This document shows, one piece after another, positions 17,175 to 26,927 of a stretch of DNA of 64,000 nt. Position 1 is the stretch's first letter. Every line of letters begins with the position of its first letter. The notes beneath the pieces are model-generated. The model did not search any database. It was not told the DNA's origin and saw only the letters and a list, made by a program, of their open reading frames with translations. The DNA comes from a virus. The translations under genes and the position numbers were made by a program. The stretch lies in the IMG/VR virus record IMGVR_UViG_3300032220_000699, positions 96,001 through 160,000 of that record; one strand, given 5' to 3'.

Positions 17175-17642
17175 TTAATATGGTTTAGGAATAGGTCCAA
17201 AAACCTCAAAGATTTCTAGGGCTTGACTATTACCTTCGTAGGCCCAGTAATTCATATTGTTAACTTGTAACCATTTTCTATTAGGTTCAGTGTCATCCCG
17301 GCATTCAGCAGGGAAGAAAGGACCATTTGTTCCTTTGCTACAAACCCAATAATAATGATTAGCTATTAACTGATTATTAGAAGTGATCTTCTCGAAATGA
17401 AGATTGTTTTTCTCCGGATCTCGAGATTTCAATAAAGCTTCGATCTGGTCAACCAAAGCTATGCGTTTATTGAGTTCTTCATCATTATCCAAAATAAATG
17501 GATATTGTTTATCTTTATACCAAACTGACAACTTCACACTGTTATCAGAGTAGTACAATGCATGTGCTTTATTTTCACCAGGAGGAAGTCGTCTGTGCAA
17601 TTCTTGTAGAACTACACCAATAGAAGTTGACATTGTAGTCAT
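17175..17642 (-). CDS. hypothetical protein
   Basis: 155 aa; coupled to the dcd stop. Confidence 0.6.
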   Translation of the reverse strand: MTTMSTSIGVVLQELHRRLPPGENKAHALYYSDNSVKLSVWYKDKQYPFILDNDEELNKRIALVDQIEALLKSRDPEKNNLHFEKITSNNQLIANHYYWVCSKGTNGPFFPAECRDDTEPNRKWLQVNNMNYWAYEGNSQALEIFEVFGPIPKPY

Positions 17643-17651
17643 TTATTTCCC

Positions 17652-18434
17652 TTACATCTTAGGAAGAACTGGTCCTGCTTCCTGATGCTGATATTTACCA
17701 TCACGATCAGCATAAGAAGTGAAACAATTCTCACCTTCAAAGAAAAGCACTTGTGCAGCGCCTTCGTTTGCGAATAGCATTGCAGGAAGAGGTGTCGTAT
17801 TGGAGAACTCCAATGTAACATAACCTTCCCATTCTGCTTCAAGTGGTGTAGCAATACACACAATACCACAACGAGCATAAGTAGACTTACCAAGAACAAC
17901 TCCAGTCACATTGCGTGGCATACGAATATATTCTTTCGATGCTGCAAGTACAAATGAGTTCGGAGGAATAATACAAACATCACCTTCAAACTCACTAAAC
18001 GAACCACGGTCAAAGTTCTTAGGATTAACAACTGTAGAATTAATATTGGTAAAGATTTTAAATTCATGACCAATACGAAGATCATAACCGAAACTTGATG
18101 TTCCATAAGAAATAATCTTATCACCTTTTTCATTTTTATTAACGCTACCAAAATGGAAAGGTTCAATCATGGGTTTCCAATTGTCCAGTTCCTTTTCAGT
18201 GATAGGACGAATAATATTGGTTTCCATTACAGGAAGTTGTGGGTGTCCTACCTTACCAATTTCTTCATTGGTAACAAGTAGTTCATGATAAACATCTTGA
18301 TGATGTTGAATTTGTTGCTGCATTGGAGTAAAGAATGGATGCACTGCGTATTCAATACTACCATCATACTTCTCAACAACATGCGTCGGCCGTTGAGATT
18401 GTGCACGTAGCCACAGATCAGACTTGATGCTCAT
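17652..18434 (-). CDS. dcd: dCTP deaminase
   Basis: [56 protein letters not shown] motifs. Confidence 0.93.
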   Translation of the reverse strand: MSIKSDLWLRAQSQRPTHVVEKYDGSIEYAVHPFFTPMQQQIQHHQDVYHELLVTNEEIGKVGHPQLPVMETNIIRPITEKELDNWKPMIEPFHFGSVNKNEKGDKIISYGTSSFGYDLRIGHEFKIFTNINSTVVNPKNFDRGSFSEFEGDVCIIPPNSFVLAASKEYIRMPRNVTGVVLGKSTYARCGIVCIATPLEAEWEGYVTLEFSNTTPLPAMLFANEGAAQVLFFEGENCFTSYADRDGKYQHQEAGPVLPKM

Positions 18435-18904
18435 TTCCTTTTCTTCCTTTTTGGACGACCGATATAAGAGGTCTTGTTTTGTTTCTGGAGTTTCATTAGC
18501 TCCAGCTTAAGGTCAATTCGATTCGGATGTTTTTGTACAGCTTTTTGCAACTCCTCAAGTGTCCACTGAGTATGCATTTTATTATACGCAGACTCGGTGA
18601 ACACTTGGGTTATTTTCTTCATACCGTTCCAGATAACTTTACAAGCTTTAGCAAAATCTTCTTGCTCTTTAGTTACACCTGGACGTTCTTGTCTTATTTT
18701 TTCATGAAGTTCTGGAAATGCAAACCGAAGTCTATCTTTTTCATAATCTTCACGAGGAATAATAAATGGCATAGGAGGACGATGACAAGCCTCTTTATAA
18801 AGTCTCTCCATTTCTTCCGGAGATCTATTAAGTAGAGAATGACCATAATTGATATTCTCTATAATTTCTTCATGAGATAATTCTTTCCAACCAGGAAGTA
18901 TCAT
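18431..18904 (-). CDS. hypothetical protein with a basic C-terminal module
   Basis: C-terminus [23 protein letters not shown]...KRKKRK. Confidence 0.65.
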   Translation of the reverse strand: MILPGWKELSHEEIIENINYGHSLLNRSPEEMERLYKEACHRPPMPFIIPREDYEKDRLRFAFPELHEKIRQERPGVTKEQEDFAKACKVIWNGMKKITQVFTESAYNKMHTQWTLEELQKAVQKHPNRIDLKLELMKLQKQNKTSYIGRPKRKKRK

Positions 18905-19179
18905 TTCTTTTTCTTCCTTTTACCGATCTTCGGTTTGACTCGACTTTGAAGTTTCATTAACTCCATTTTCAAATCGGTACGTTGTGGATGTTTAGCAACA
19001 AGTTTTTGCAGTTCAGCTAAACGATCAAGATCCACATGACTATTGCCACGAACATCAACACTATTAAAATTAGTTTGATGATGATATGGATAAATTACAT
19101 TAATAGATGTCCCGGCAGTAATACAACCAGTGATTGTTAAAGTCCCACTGGTTGCGTTATAGTCAGAAAATAACCCCAT
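18901..19179 (-). CDS. hypothetical protein sharing that C-terminal module
   Basis: C-terminus ELQKLVAKHPQRTDLKMELMKLQ...KRKKKK. Confidence 0.65.
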   Translation of the reverse strand: MGLFSDYNATSGTLTITGCITAGTSINVIYPYHHQTNFNSVDVRGNSHVDLDRLAELQKLVAKHPQRTDLKMELMKLQSRVKPKIGKRKKKK

Positions 19180-19188
19180 AACTTTCTC

Positions 19189-19434
19189 CTAAACAGGAAT
19201 TTGCATTGGTCGATAATGCGAGTTATAATTGCGACGCTGGATTGATAAATTAATACCGATACGTTTTGATTCTTGTTCACATTTAATCTGGAACCAAGTC
19301 TTACGTTTGGTGACACGGTTTTCATAACGAAGACGCCTAAGAGTACCACGAACGCCAGCGGGACGATGTCGAACAAAACGCTTAGTCCAGAAAATCGAAA
19401 TATAAGGACTGATATACTTAAAACAATTAGCCAT
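19189..19434 (-). CDS. small Arg-rich protein
   Basis: 81 aa; AGGAG RBS; motif at 19464 upstream. Confidence 0.55.
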   Translation of the reverse strand: MANCFKYISPYISIFWTKRFVRHRPAGVRGTLRRLRYENRVTKRKTWFQIKCEQESKRIGINLSIQRRNYNSHYRPMQIPV

Positions 19435-19481
19435 TTATTATCTCCTATCATATAGACAGTTATTATATATGTAGGTAAAAA

Positions 19482-19889
19482 TTATCCTATTGTTAAAGAT
19501 TGCAAATGTTCAGAATAAGGTTCAATATACTGTCTATCATCATGATCAACATGTTCTAAAAGAATTTTATGCAGTCTCTGAATTAATAAATATTTATTAC
19601 TACCTTTATCTTTTAAACTAGTAATAATTTTATTAAACTCACATTTAAGTCTGGTGTGAGAATCAAAGTGAGCTACTATATATTTGAAATTAATTTGTCT
19701 CATTAATTCTTCTTCATATTCTAAATGATAAATAAAAATTTTATTTAACTCTTCTATTTTTTCAAACAACGTTTCTATTGCTGAAGTTTTATTTCTTAAT
19801 ATTTCATTTGATATCATGAGAATAGATAGATGTTGTTTATCTATTTCTTCTATGTTTGTTTTGTAGTGTACAAATGCTTCAGGGGACAT
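19482..19889 (-). CDS. bacteriohemerythrin
   Basis: IDKQH, HLEYEE, HFDSH, HVDHDD supply the H/HxxxE/HxxxH/HxxxxD di-iron ligands. Confidence 0.85.
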   Translation of the reverse strand: MSPEAFVHYKTNIEEIDKQHLSILMISNEILRNKTSAIETLFEKIEELNKIFIYHLEYEEELMRQINFKYIVAHFDSHTRLKCEFNKIITSLKDKGSNKYLLIQRLHKILLEHVDHDDRQYIEPYSEHLQSLTIG

Positions 19890-19916
19890 CGCTAAATCTT
19901 TCTTTAAACTAATTAA

Positions 19917-20483
19917 TTATGAGAAACGACCACCAGAATCACCACCACCAGGTTTACGTTTAATTAGATTACGTATGCCTTGGTAATCTGGTTTCTCAAC
20001 AACCTTGCGCTCTTCTTCAGCTCTAACCAATGGGTTAACCAAACCAATGTTAACCTTCTTACTAATAAACAGATTATCAATAACTTCACGAGGTTTAGCT
20101 TTCTCGTAAATATGTTTAGATAGTTTTTCAAGAGCCGTTATAAGCTCTTTATTATTCTGAGCATCCATTTGTCCATGAATACTCACACGAATATATTCTT
20201 TCCATTCTGCAAGATATAATTCAATATGCTTATGCATAGTAATCATATCTTCACGATTAGGAATTTGTACTTCTATACCTCGATCATAATAATCAAGAAT
20301 TTTGCTAATAGGAATTTTAACCATTGTAAGATTATTTTCAAGCATCTTATCAACGTTTTTATTCTGAGTAATATAAGTTCCAAAACGTCTAATGTGTTCT
20401 GGATCTAATGTAGTTTGTTCTGGAATATAAACTGTGTAAAGATTATCCCATATCTTCGGCGCGTGCATTGACGGGAACGTCAT
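19917..20483 (-). CDS. conserved phiKZ-like hypothetical protein
   Basis: 188 aa; family recalled, not verified. Confidence 0.55.
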   Translation of the reverse strand: MTFPSMHAPKIWDNLYTVYIPEQTTLDPEHIRRFGTYITQNKNVDKMLENNLTMVKIPISKILDYYDRGIEVQIPNREDMITMHKHIELYLAEWKEYIRVSIHGQMDAQNNKELITALEKLSKHIYEKAKPREVIDNLFISKKVNIGLVNPLVRAEEERKVVEKPDYQGIRNLIKRKPGGGDSGGRFS

Positions 20484-20563
20484 GATGTACTCCTAGCATT
20501 AATCAATTTATTTTGTTAAATATAAAAAAAGAAAAGAGACTACCATATGGTAGTCTCTTATTT

Positions 20564-21613
20564 TTAATACCGAACTGTTTTAATTTTCATGATGATGGTG
20601 TCACCATTTCTTAAAACAAAAGTAAAAATATCACCGCTGACAGATACAGCCTCATTTATATTTGTAGGTTCAATATACTCAGGCATACTGAATTTATCTG
20701 TAGAAATAAAGTTAAAGTTTATATAATTATCACGAACATCAGGTCGAATAGTTTTAGGATCTACTTTTGTACCATCAGCCTTTGTATACGAGATAACCTG
20801 AACTTCTTCTTGTTTAGGGTCACGACAGAGGCTAACATTTAATATTTCCAAATGTTCAGCCAATTTACCGCCATAGAGTTTCCACTCATTGATTAAGCAA
20901 CTAACAATATCAAAACTCAAGACCTTTAACTTTGTACAAAGTGCAAGAAGTTCTTTAGTAACTTTTTCAGGAACTTTCATATCGTCACAATACTCCTGAA
21001 TAACATCATCACTAAGGCGAGCATACTTGAAGTGGTAGTGAACACGACCAGGTCGATTTAATAAATATTCAGAAATAAGCCCAACATCATTTTCTGTAAA
21101 TAGATGTAGACGCTTAGAATTACCAAGTCCATCTAGTAGACTTAATAAACCAGATTGTGTAGGAACACCACCGCCACTATCATAAGTCTTATAGTTTTTA
21201 CCGAACTCGTCAAAAACCAAAACACAGTTTCCAACGTTTTCGATAAAATTAAATATTTCTGCACCTGGATAAGGTTTATTAATTTGGATAACAGGGGTAC
21301 CTGTGTCAATCATTGCATTTGCAATGAACTTAGTGAAAAGAGATTTACCAGAACCTTTAAGACCTGTTGACAGAATTCCTGTATTACCTTGCTTACGAAG
21401 ATGTGTTTTAATAACACGTTCTGCCGCCGCAGCATAATTCCCATATGTTTTAGCAGGTAATGAATATTTATCAGCAACTTCTAAAAGGTAAAAACCATTA
21501 TCTCTATCAAATTCCAGAGAGTAAAGTTTAGAATTAAGACTTTCAGTCTTTAGTCCATCGGGCAACTTTTCAACAAAAGTCTTTTGCCCAGAAATAATGA
21601 ATTGTACCGACAT
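20564..21613 (-). CDS. AAA-family ATPase
   Basis: Walker A GLKGSGKS, Walker B VLVFDE, LLDG, NRPGRV arginine finger. Confidence 0.88.
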   Translation of the reverse strand: MSVQFIISGQKTFVEKLPDGLKTESLNSKLYSLEFDRDNGFYLLEVADKYSLPAKTYGNYAAAAERVIKTHLRKQGNTGILSTGLKGSGKSLFTKFIANAMIDTGTPVIQINKPYPGAEIFNFIENVGNCVLVFDEFGKNYKTYDSGGGVPTQSGLLSLLDGLGNSKRLHLFTENDVGLISEYLLNRPGRVHYHFKYARLSDDVIQEYCDDMKVPEKVTKELLALCTKLKVLSFDIVSCLINEWKLYGGKLAEHLEILNVSLCRDPKQEEVQVISYTKADGTKVDPKTIRPDVRDNYINFNFISTDKFSMPEYIEPTNINEAVSVSGDIFTFVLRNGDTIIMKIKTVRY

Positions 21614-21741
21614 GTTTCGTCCTCAATAAGTTTCAACCGATGTGACAAATATTTTTTATTCAATCAAAGCCAATTATTATATGTATAGTTATAACTGATT
21701 CAAAAACAAATAAGACTGGAGGGTAACCTCCAGTCTTATCA

Positions 21742-22236
21742 TTACCAATTTTCTAAACTCTTTTTATCTTTGATCATCTCTTCTAATTTATCAAGAGCTT
21801 GTAATTTATCAGGTATATATTCTTTATCTGACGCAGAGTTAATTTTTTCACGTGCATTTTTCATAGTTTCCCATGAATAAGGCACAGCGTCTCCTTCTGA
21901 ATCATGTTTAGAATCATCTTTACGTACATATTCAGCAGTAACCCAGATATCTGTACTACCTTTATAAAGTTTAGCTCTTTCAGGTTTATCAAACTCAAAT
22001 TCATGAGTAATCTCTAATCCAATAGGTTTTACATTTTTAATAAGAATACCAACTTCTTCTAAACATTCTTTAATAGCCGTATTGATAAGATCATCGCCAT
22101 TATCAAATCCACCGCCAGGAAAAATATATGAAGAAAATTTACCTTTAATATATTTCTTACAAAGAAGAATAGAGTTACCATTTGTGATAATAACTCTAAC
22201 ACATTTTCGAAGTGTTCTTGTATCTTGTTCCGACAT
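21742..22236 (-). CDS. NUDIX hydrolase
   Basis: PGGGFDNGDDLINTAIKECLEEVG Nudix box; start moved to ATG 22236. Confidence 0.88.
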   Translation of the reverse strand: MSEQDTRTLRKCVRVIITNGNSILLCKKYIKGKFSSYIFPGGGFDNGDDLINTAIKECLEEVGILIKNVKPIGLEITHEFEFDKPERAKLYKGSTDIWVTAEYVRKDDSKHDSEGDAVPYSWETMKNAREKINSASDKEYIPDKLQALDKLEEMIKDKKSLENW

Positions 22237-22247
22237 ATTAACCTCAG

Positions 22248-23621
22248 TTAAGAATTTACTTTTATTAAGAACCAAAGGACAGGAAGCAAATAAAGCTGAT
22301 GAAGTAAACTAAACTCCATATACTTTTCAATAGCAATAACTAGATCTTCTTTAGCAATAGCTTGTTTAGTCACATGCTTAAAGATTAAAAGTTCAATATA
22401 ACTCAGATTAGCAAAGGTGGAATTATCTGTTATATAGTTATAAAAGTTTTCAGATACTACATAGTAGTCATCTAAGAATAATTCATGTAAAAGATGCTGA
22501 TTAAAAACAGCATTATTATTGACAGCCTGGATAGGAATAACAGGAACAAAATAGTTCTTAGTCGACTTAACTGACTCAATAAAGGAATTCAGTTCAGCGT
22601 CAGGAGCAATTTCATCTATATTTACAGACGTATTAGGTTCCACAGGAAAATTAATGTAGTCAGCACCTGTGTGAAATACAGTCCCAAGCCTAGCTCTATT
22701 CGGAAGCATATGACTTGGTATAAAATTATAACGTTTATTAATACCGCTGATAGTATTAATATTTCTGGTAAATAATAAGTCAAATATGGATTTTTGGTTA
22801 ATGTACTTATTATCACCGTAATTGTGCCTAAAGAATGGAACATCTGCTAACTCACGATAGTCAATGATCTTAGAGAGAAAACCTAATAACAAAGGATCAT
22901 AGACTTTGTAAGGTAATCCAGGAATAAGAATAGTACCAGCTTCTTTTTGCGCAAACGTGGAGAAGTAGTAATCCTTAGATTCCTGTGTTAAAACTCTAAG
23001 ACGATCAATAGCTTCTTTAACAGACGGCTTTATAAGCACATCACGATTAAAGTAGTTTGTATCTTTGTTAAAGAAATAAGAATCCTGGATACGTGCTTTA
23101 AGACTAGCAATGAAATCAGGTTCTTCTGATGTATAGTAAAGAAGATTATAATTAATTTCGTAAATAGAATCTTTACGGAATGTTTTACGAACAACACTGT
23201 TAACCATGAAGACAGCATCTTCACCAGAGTCAACAGGTGCAATGAAGATATCACCTACATTAGGTGTTAAACTATAAGGACTTAGCGCTGATCCAGTAAC
23301 AGTAGTGATACCTGTAGCGGCATCATAACTACTAGATAACGGAGAAGAAACTTGAATAACCATACCGTTAACTTCATAGTAAGGTTGATTCAGGTTAGGA
23401 ACACTCGGATCAAAGTTCTCAAGTGTATTATTCTTATTTAGAATTTGTCCATAGAAGTTAACAGTCCAAGGATAACCTTCAACATACTTCAATAAAGATG
23501 TAATTTTAGATTCAGGTACCAAGGTTGTAAATATAGATTTAGATGGTTCTTGAATTGCCTGTGGCAGTGTTTGTTCTGCCGCAACCGGTGGTTGGTCAGG
23601 TTGTAATCTAACTAAGCCCAT
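22248..23621 (-). CDS. phiKZ-like virion structural protein
   Basis: 457 aa from ATG 23621; SLLKYVEGYPWTVNFY and PNVGDIF patterns recalled from phiKZ-like proteins. Confidence 0.55.
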   Translation of the reverse strand: MGLVRLQPDQPPVAAEQTLPQAIQEPSKSIFTTLVPESKITSLLKYVEGYPWTVNFYGQILNKNNTLENFDPSVPNLNQPYYEVNGMVIQVSSPLSSSYDAATGITTVTGSALSPYSLTPNVGDIFIAPVDSGEDAVFMVNSVVRKTFRKDSIYEINYNLLYYTSEEPDFIASLKARIQDSYFFNKDTNYFNRDVLIKPSVKEAIDRLRVLTQESKDYYFSTFAQKEAGTILIPGLPYKVYDPLLLGFLSKIIDYRELADVPFFRHNYGDNKYINQKSIFDLLFTRNINTISGINKRYNFIPSHMLPNRARLGTVFHTGADYINFPVEPNTSVNIDEIAPDAELNSFIESVKSTKNYFVPVIPIQAVNNNAVFNQHLLHELFLDDYYVVSENFYNYITDNSTFANLSYIELLIFKHVTKQAIAKEDLVIAIEKYMEFSLLHQLYLLPVLWFLIKVNS

Positions 23622-23702
23622 GATTGTTCCTTTATATAGAGTCAAATCATTTTTAAACAAAAAAAAAAACACCTACCCCCTGTTTGGGATAGGTGCTCTT
23701 TA

Positions 23703-24224
23703 TCAGTTCACAGTCTTACTGACAGGAACAGTTGCGCTGCTATCCATCATATCAGCTTGAAGTGTGTGAGCAAGATTATCAATGAACTGATCAAACCCAC
23801 CAGCATCTTGAATCATTTCATCAACTTTCTCATGGTTAATTGTGATAATACCTGGTTCATTAGGAATAGTAAAACCATCCCACCAGTGACCACAATAATC
23901 CATAGCAGCTTGCAACACTTCTCGAATATCCTTAATTCTGATCTGACCATTCTTATGTTCGATCAAACCAGATATTTCAGGATGAGCCATTTGATTATAA
24001 ACCCTAGCGTGTTGCAAAGGCTTAATCCAACGGAACAATTCATGCTGACCAAAATTGATCGATGTTTTTTCTTCTTTCTCCATCATGGTGACCATGAGTA
24101 TATCATCAACGATACTTTGCCGAAGTTCCTCATCCGACATATTGTTGATGCTGAAGATATTATTATGAACAACGCTAAACATCAAAACGTCATTCATTGT
24201 TTCTTCAATACTTCTTTTAAACAT
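23703..24224 (-). CDS. hypothetical protein
   Basis: 173 aa; AGGAG RBS. Confidence 0.65.
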   Translation of the reverse strand: MFKRSIEETMNDVLMFSVVHNNIFSINNMSDEELRQSIVDDILMVTMMEKEEKTSINFGQHELFRWIKPLQHARVYNQMAHPEISGLIEHKNGQIRIKDIREVLQAAMDYCGHWWDGFTIPNEPGIITINHEKVDEMIQDAGGFDQFIDNLAHTLQADMMDSSATVPVSKTVN

Positions 24225-24232
24225 GTCAGCTC

Positions 24233-24838
24233 CTAGCAGACGTATTTAACTTTCTGAGATTGATGAATTTCTTCCAACCGTTTACAGTGCGGTGTGTTGA
24301 CAGTATAGAAAGAATCTTTCTTGACCCGTTGCATGAAGGCTTCTACAGAAAAAGCAATATCATCCGGAGAAAAGTACTGACCGTTAGCCATCATGTAATG
24401 ATGACTATTTTCTTCATCATCGGAATCACCGCTGTAAGTACCCTTGAAGTATTCACCGAAAGTCAGTTCGATATATTCCACCCAAACAGTTTCATTGTTC
24501 AGATGGAACAAACCCCAGCTATGAGACAGAACAACAATGTCTTCATTTTCCAGTTTTACCTGGATACTGTTACTGGTTTTCAGAATGTTCAGGATATCAG
24601 TCATAGATTTCATCAAGAAATCATTCTTATTTATTTCGAAATTCTTGAACGGCACCCATTCTTTTTTCTGTTGATCACGATAATGGGTGTTGGAAATACC
24701 ATTATCATACCAATCAACAGCATTAACAGAACCACCGCCATAACCGGCAGCTGCGAAAGCTTTGTCGATGGTTTCGCCATAGATATGAGACTTCGAACCA
24801 TCCAGCCAGTAGACGGTAAACCATTGATTCCTATCCAT
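24233..24838 (-). CDS. hypothetical protein
   Basis: 201 aa; AGGAG RBS. Confidence 0.7.
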   Translation of the reverse strand: MDRNQWFTVYWLDGSKSHIYGETIDKAFAAAGYGGGSVNAVDWYDNGISNTHYRDQQKKEWVPFKNFEINKNDFLMKSMTDILNILKTSNSIQVKLENEDIVVLSHSWGLFHLNNETVWVEYIELTFGEYFKGTYSGDSDDEENSHHYMMANGQYFSPDDIAFSVEAFMQRVKKDSFYTVNTPHCKRLEEIHQSQKVKYVC

Positions 24839-24897
24839 TTGTTTCTCCTAATAACTTAATAATTTAAAAAAACAAGAGACCCGAAGGTCTCTTATTC

Positions 24898-25134
24898 TTA
24901 GAAGTGGATAACCACTTGTTCTTCTTCAACAACCGGTTCCCATTTGAAAGGGAGATCTGCTGACGTCAAACCGTCGAGCGGAGTATGGATGGTCAGGTAA
25001 ATTTTACCTGTACCTTCTTTACCGTTGTTAAACACAGAAAACGGTTCCATCTCTTTGCCAGCAAAAACAGCATCGATGATGGTGTCAGATTTTTCACGAA
25101 CAGACAATTGTTTTTGCCCTTGAATCAGTTCCAT
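24898..25134 (-). CDS. hypothetical protein
   Basis: Start moved to ATG 25134 after AAGGAG. Confidence 0.6.
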   Translation of the reverse strand: MELIQGQKQLSVREKSDTIIDAVFAGKEMEPFSVFNNGKEGTGKIYLTIHTPLDGLTSADLPFKWEPVVEEEQVVIHF

Positions 25135-25272
25135 TTTTTTAACTCCTTTGTCCTTTTGGTGGAATAGTTTAAAGTAAGGACATAAACTTTGAACTATATA
25201 GTCAGATTTTATATATGTAACCAAACATTTTTCAAACACAGCTAGCAGGGATTTCTCCCTGCTAGTTTTTTA

Positions 25273-26070
25273 TTACTGAAACTCGTGTTTGTGTTTAGCC
25301 CAAAGGTCATTAATTTCTTCATCATCAAAACCAATAAAGAAGTTAACAGGCGCTACACCGTGCATTAATACTTCTAATACACTATTAGGTTGAATAGTAA
25401 GCGAGGTTTGTTCAGGCACTATCTGAACATCTACCATAGATAAGAAATTTTTATTTTGTTCAGTATTATACTTATGCCCAGTAATAAGTGATTTAATTAC
25501 ATCGTTCTTAAAATGGGTAAGTTCAATAGAAAATTGTTCTGTTAATTGCGGCGATACACCATTAGGCATCGCCTGAGTTTTAATCTTTTCAACAGTGTAA
25601 TCAAACAACTGTTGAGCAAATTCTTTTTGTCTAATAGGATTATAAATAGTTGTCAAACACTCTATTACTCTATCTTTTTCAACAAGAGTTGGATATTCAA
25701 AAAAGTTTGTCTTTGGTTCAGTGATAGGAATAACTGCCTGTGTAACTGTACCAAGTTCTTTAGCAACTTCCATATACTTCAGAACTTTTCTCTTCTTGGC
25801 TTCAATCTTGTCACGATTGTCAATTCCGAAAAGAGGAACACCGGCTTCTTGAAGAAGTTCAACACAAGCTTTCAGATCAATTAGCTCATTAACAAGCATC
25901 TCGATCTTAGTCAATCCAGTTGCAGGATCAACATCAGTAAAGCCAAAACGAAGAGCTTTGTGAAGATCTTTCGAAAGCTTAAGAGATACCTTACCAAGTT
26001 CAAAAGCTAGTTCAGCAACTTCACCAGCTTCTTCAGATGTACAAACAGTCAGATGGTTAATTGGTGTCAT
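25273..26070 (-). CDS. MazG-like NTP pyrophosphohydrolase domain fused to an unknown C-terminal domain
   Basis: SEEAGEVAE...KALRFG...NELIDL acidic ligand pattern in the first ~110 aa. Confidence 0.7.
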   Translation of the reverse strand: MTPINHLTVCTSEEAGEVAELAFELGKVSLKLSKDLHKALRFGFTDVDPATGLTKIEMLVNELIDLKACVELLQEAGVPLFGIDNRDKIEAKKRKVLKYMEVAKELGTVTQAVIPITEPKTNFFEYPTLVEKDRVIECLTTIYNPIRQKEFAQQLFDYTVEKIKTQAMPNGVSPQLTEQFSIELTHFKNDVIKSLITGHKYNTEQNKNFLSMVDVQIVPEQTSLTIQPNSVLEVLMHGVAPVNFFIGFDDEEINDLWAKHKHEFQ

Positions 26071-26257
26071 TTTTTTCTTTCAGTTTCCAGTTACAGTTTT
26101 CATTATCCCAGACATAGTCATCATTATTACCTTTAAACCCGAAAGTATATTCCTTCAAACCTAATGCATCACAGGCACCTTGAAAGGAAGTGGCATTGAT
26201 GACATGGCGTTTACCATTGCTGGAATAAATGGTAAACGCCTCAAATTTAACTTGCAT
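26057..26257 (-). CDS. hypothetical protein
   Basis: 66 aa, coupled on both sides. Confidence 0.55.
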   Translation of the reverse strand: MQVKFEAFTIYSSNGKRHVINATSFQGACDALGLKEYTFGFKGNNDDYVWDNENCNWKLKEKNDTN

Positions 26258-26664
26258 TAGTGAATAGGGTTGATATAAGCTTCATCAGTGTTAGGATTAA
26301 CCGTAACATGAATAGACTTAGCATTGGACATAAGTTCTTTCACATGGTCGGTATCTTCGATTGCTTCATAAGCAAACTTAAGGATATCACCATTAAGCAG
26401 AGCTTCTTCAATCTTCTCTTTGTCGATAGAGAAGTGAATACTCAACAAAATATAAAGCGTCATATGGAATATCTTATCACTACGACGATACAACGTATGG
26501 TACATATTCTTATGTTGATCGAAGAATGCATTCATAGGTTCTGAATTTTCAGGTGAACCATACATATCACGATTAGTTTTGTTACGGATATAGTCATTCA
26601 GTAAATAGATCTTGGCACTGTCGTCCACATATTCAGCATCAATATGAGCTGTAGGGTGAGTCAT
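26257..26664 (-). CDS. hypothetical protein
   Basis: Start moved to ATG 26664 after AAGGAG; the track extension overlaps tRNA-Tyr. Confidence 0.65.
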   Translation of the reverse strand: MTHPTAHIDAEYVDDSAKIYLLNDYIRNKTNRDMYGSPENSEPMNAFFDQHKNMYHTLYRRSDKIFHMTLYILLSIHFSIDKEKIEEALLNGDILKFAYEAIEDTDHVKELMSNAKSIHVTVNPNTDEAYINPIH

Positions 26665-26736
26665 TTTATTCTCCTTGGTGGTGAAAGATGAAAAAGTATA
26701 GACAGAGGTTAACCTCTGTCTATACTCTTTTAGTTG

Positions 26737-26821
26737 TGGTGGACCGGGCATGATTCGAACATGCGAAGCACGAGGCGTCAGATTTACAGTCTGATGGGTT
26801 TGACCGCTCCCCAACCAGTCC
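26737..26821 (-). tRNA. tRNA-Tyr(GTA)
   Basis: GGACTGG/CCGGTCC acceptor stem, TCAGA-CTGTAAA-TCTGA anticodon arm, long variable arm, CCA. Confidence 0.95.
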
Positions 26822-26838
26822 AGAGTACTACAAATGTT

Positions 26839-26926
26839 TGGCGGAGGCGGTGAGATTCAAACTCACGAAGGGTTTCCCCTTGCTGGTTTTCAAGACCAGT
26901 GCAATCGATCGCTCTGCCACACCTCC
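26839..26926 (-). tRNA. tRNA-Ser(TGA) with A19/U56 in place of G19/C56
   Basis: GGAGGTG/CGCCTCC acceptor stem, CTGGT-CTTGAAA-ACCAG anticodon arm, T-loop TTTGAAT, G73-CCA. Confidence 0.88.
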
Positions 26927-26927
26927 T

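Noticed and set aside
17652-18434. Intein in dcd, or intron/intein in thyA and the polymerase
   Set aside because: No C/S start with HN end; frames are continuous; the inserts look like ordinary loops
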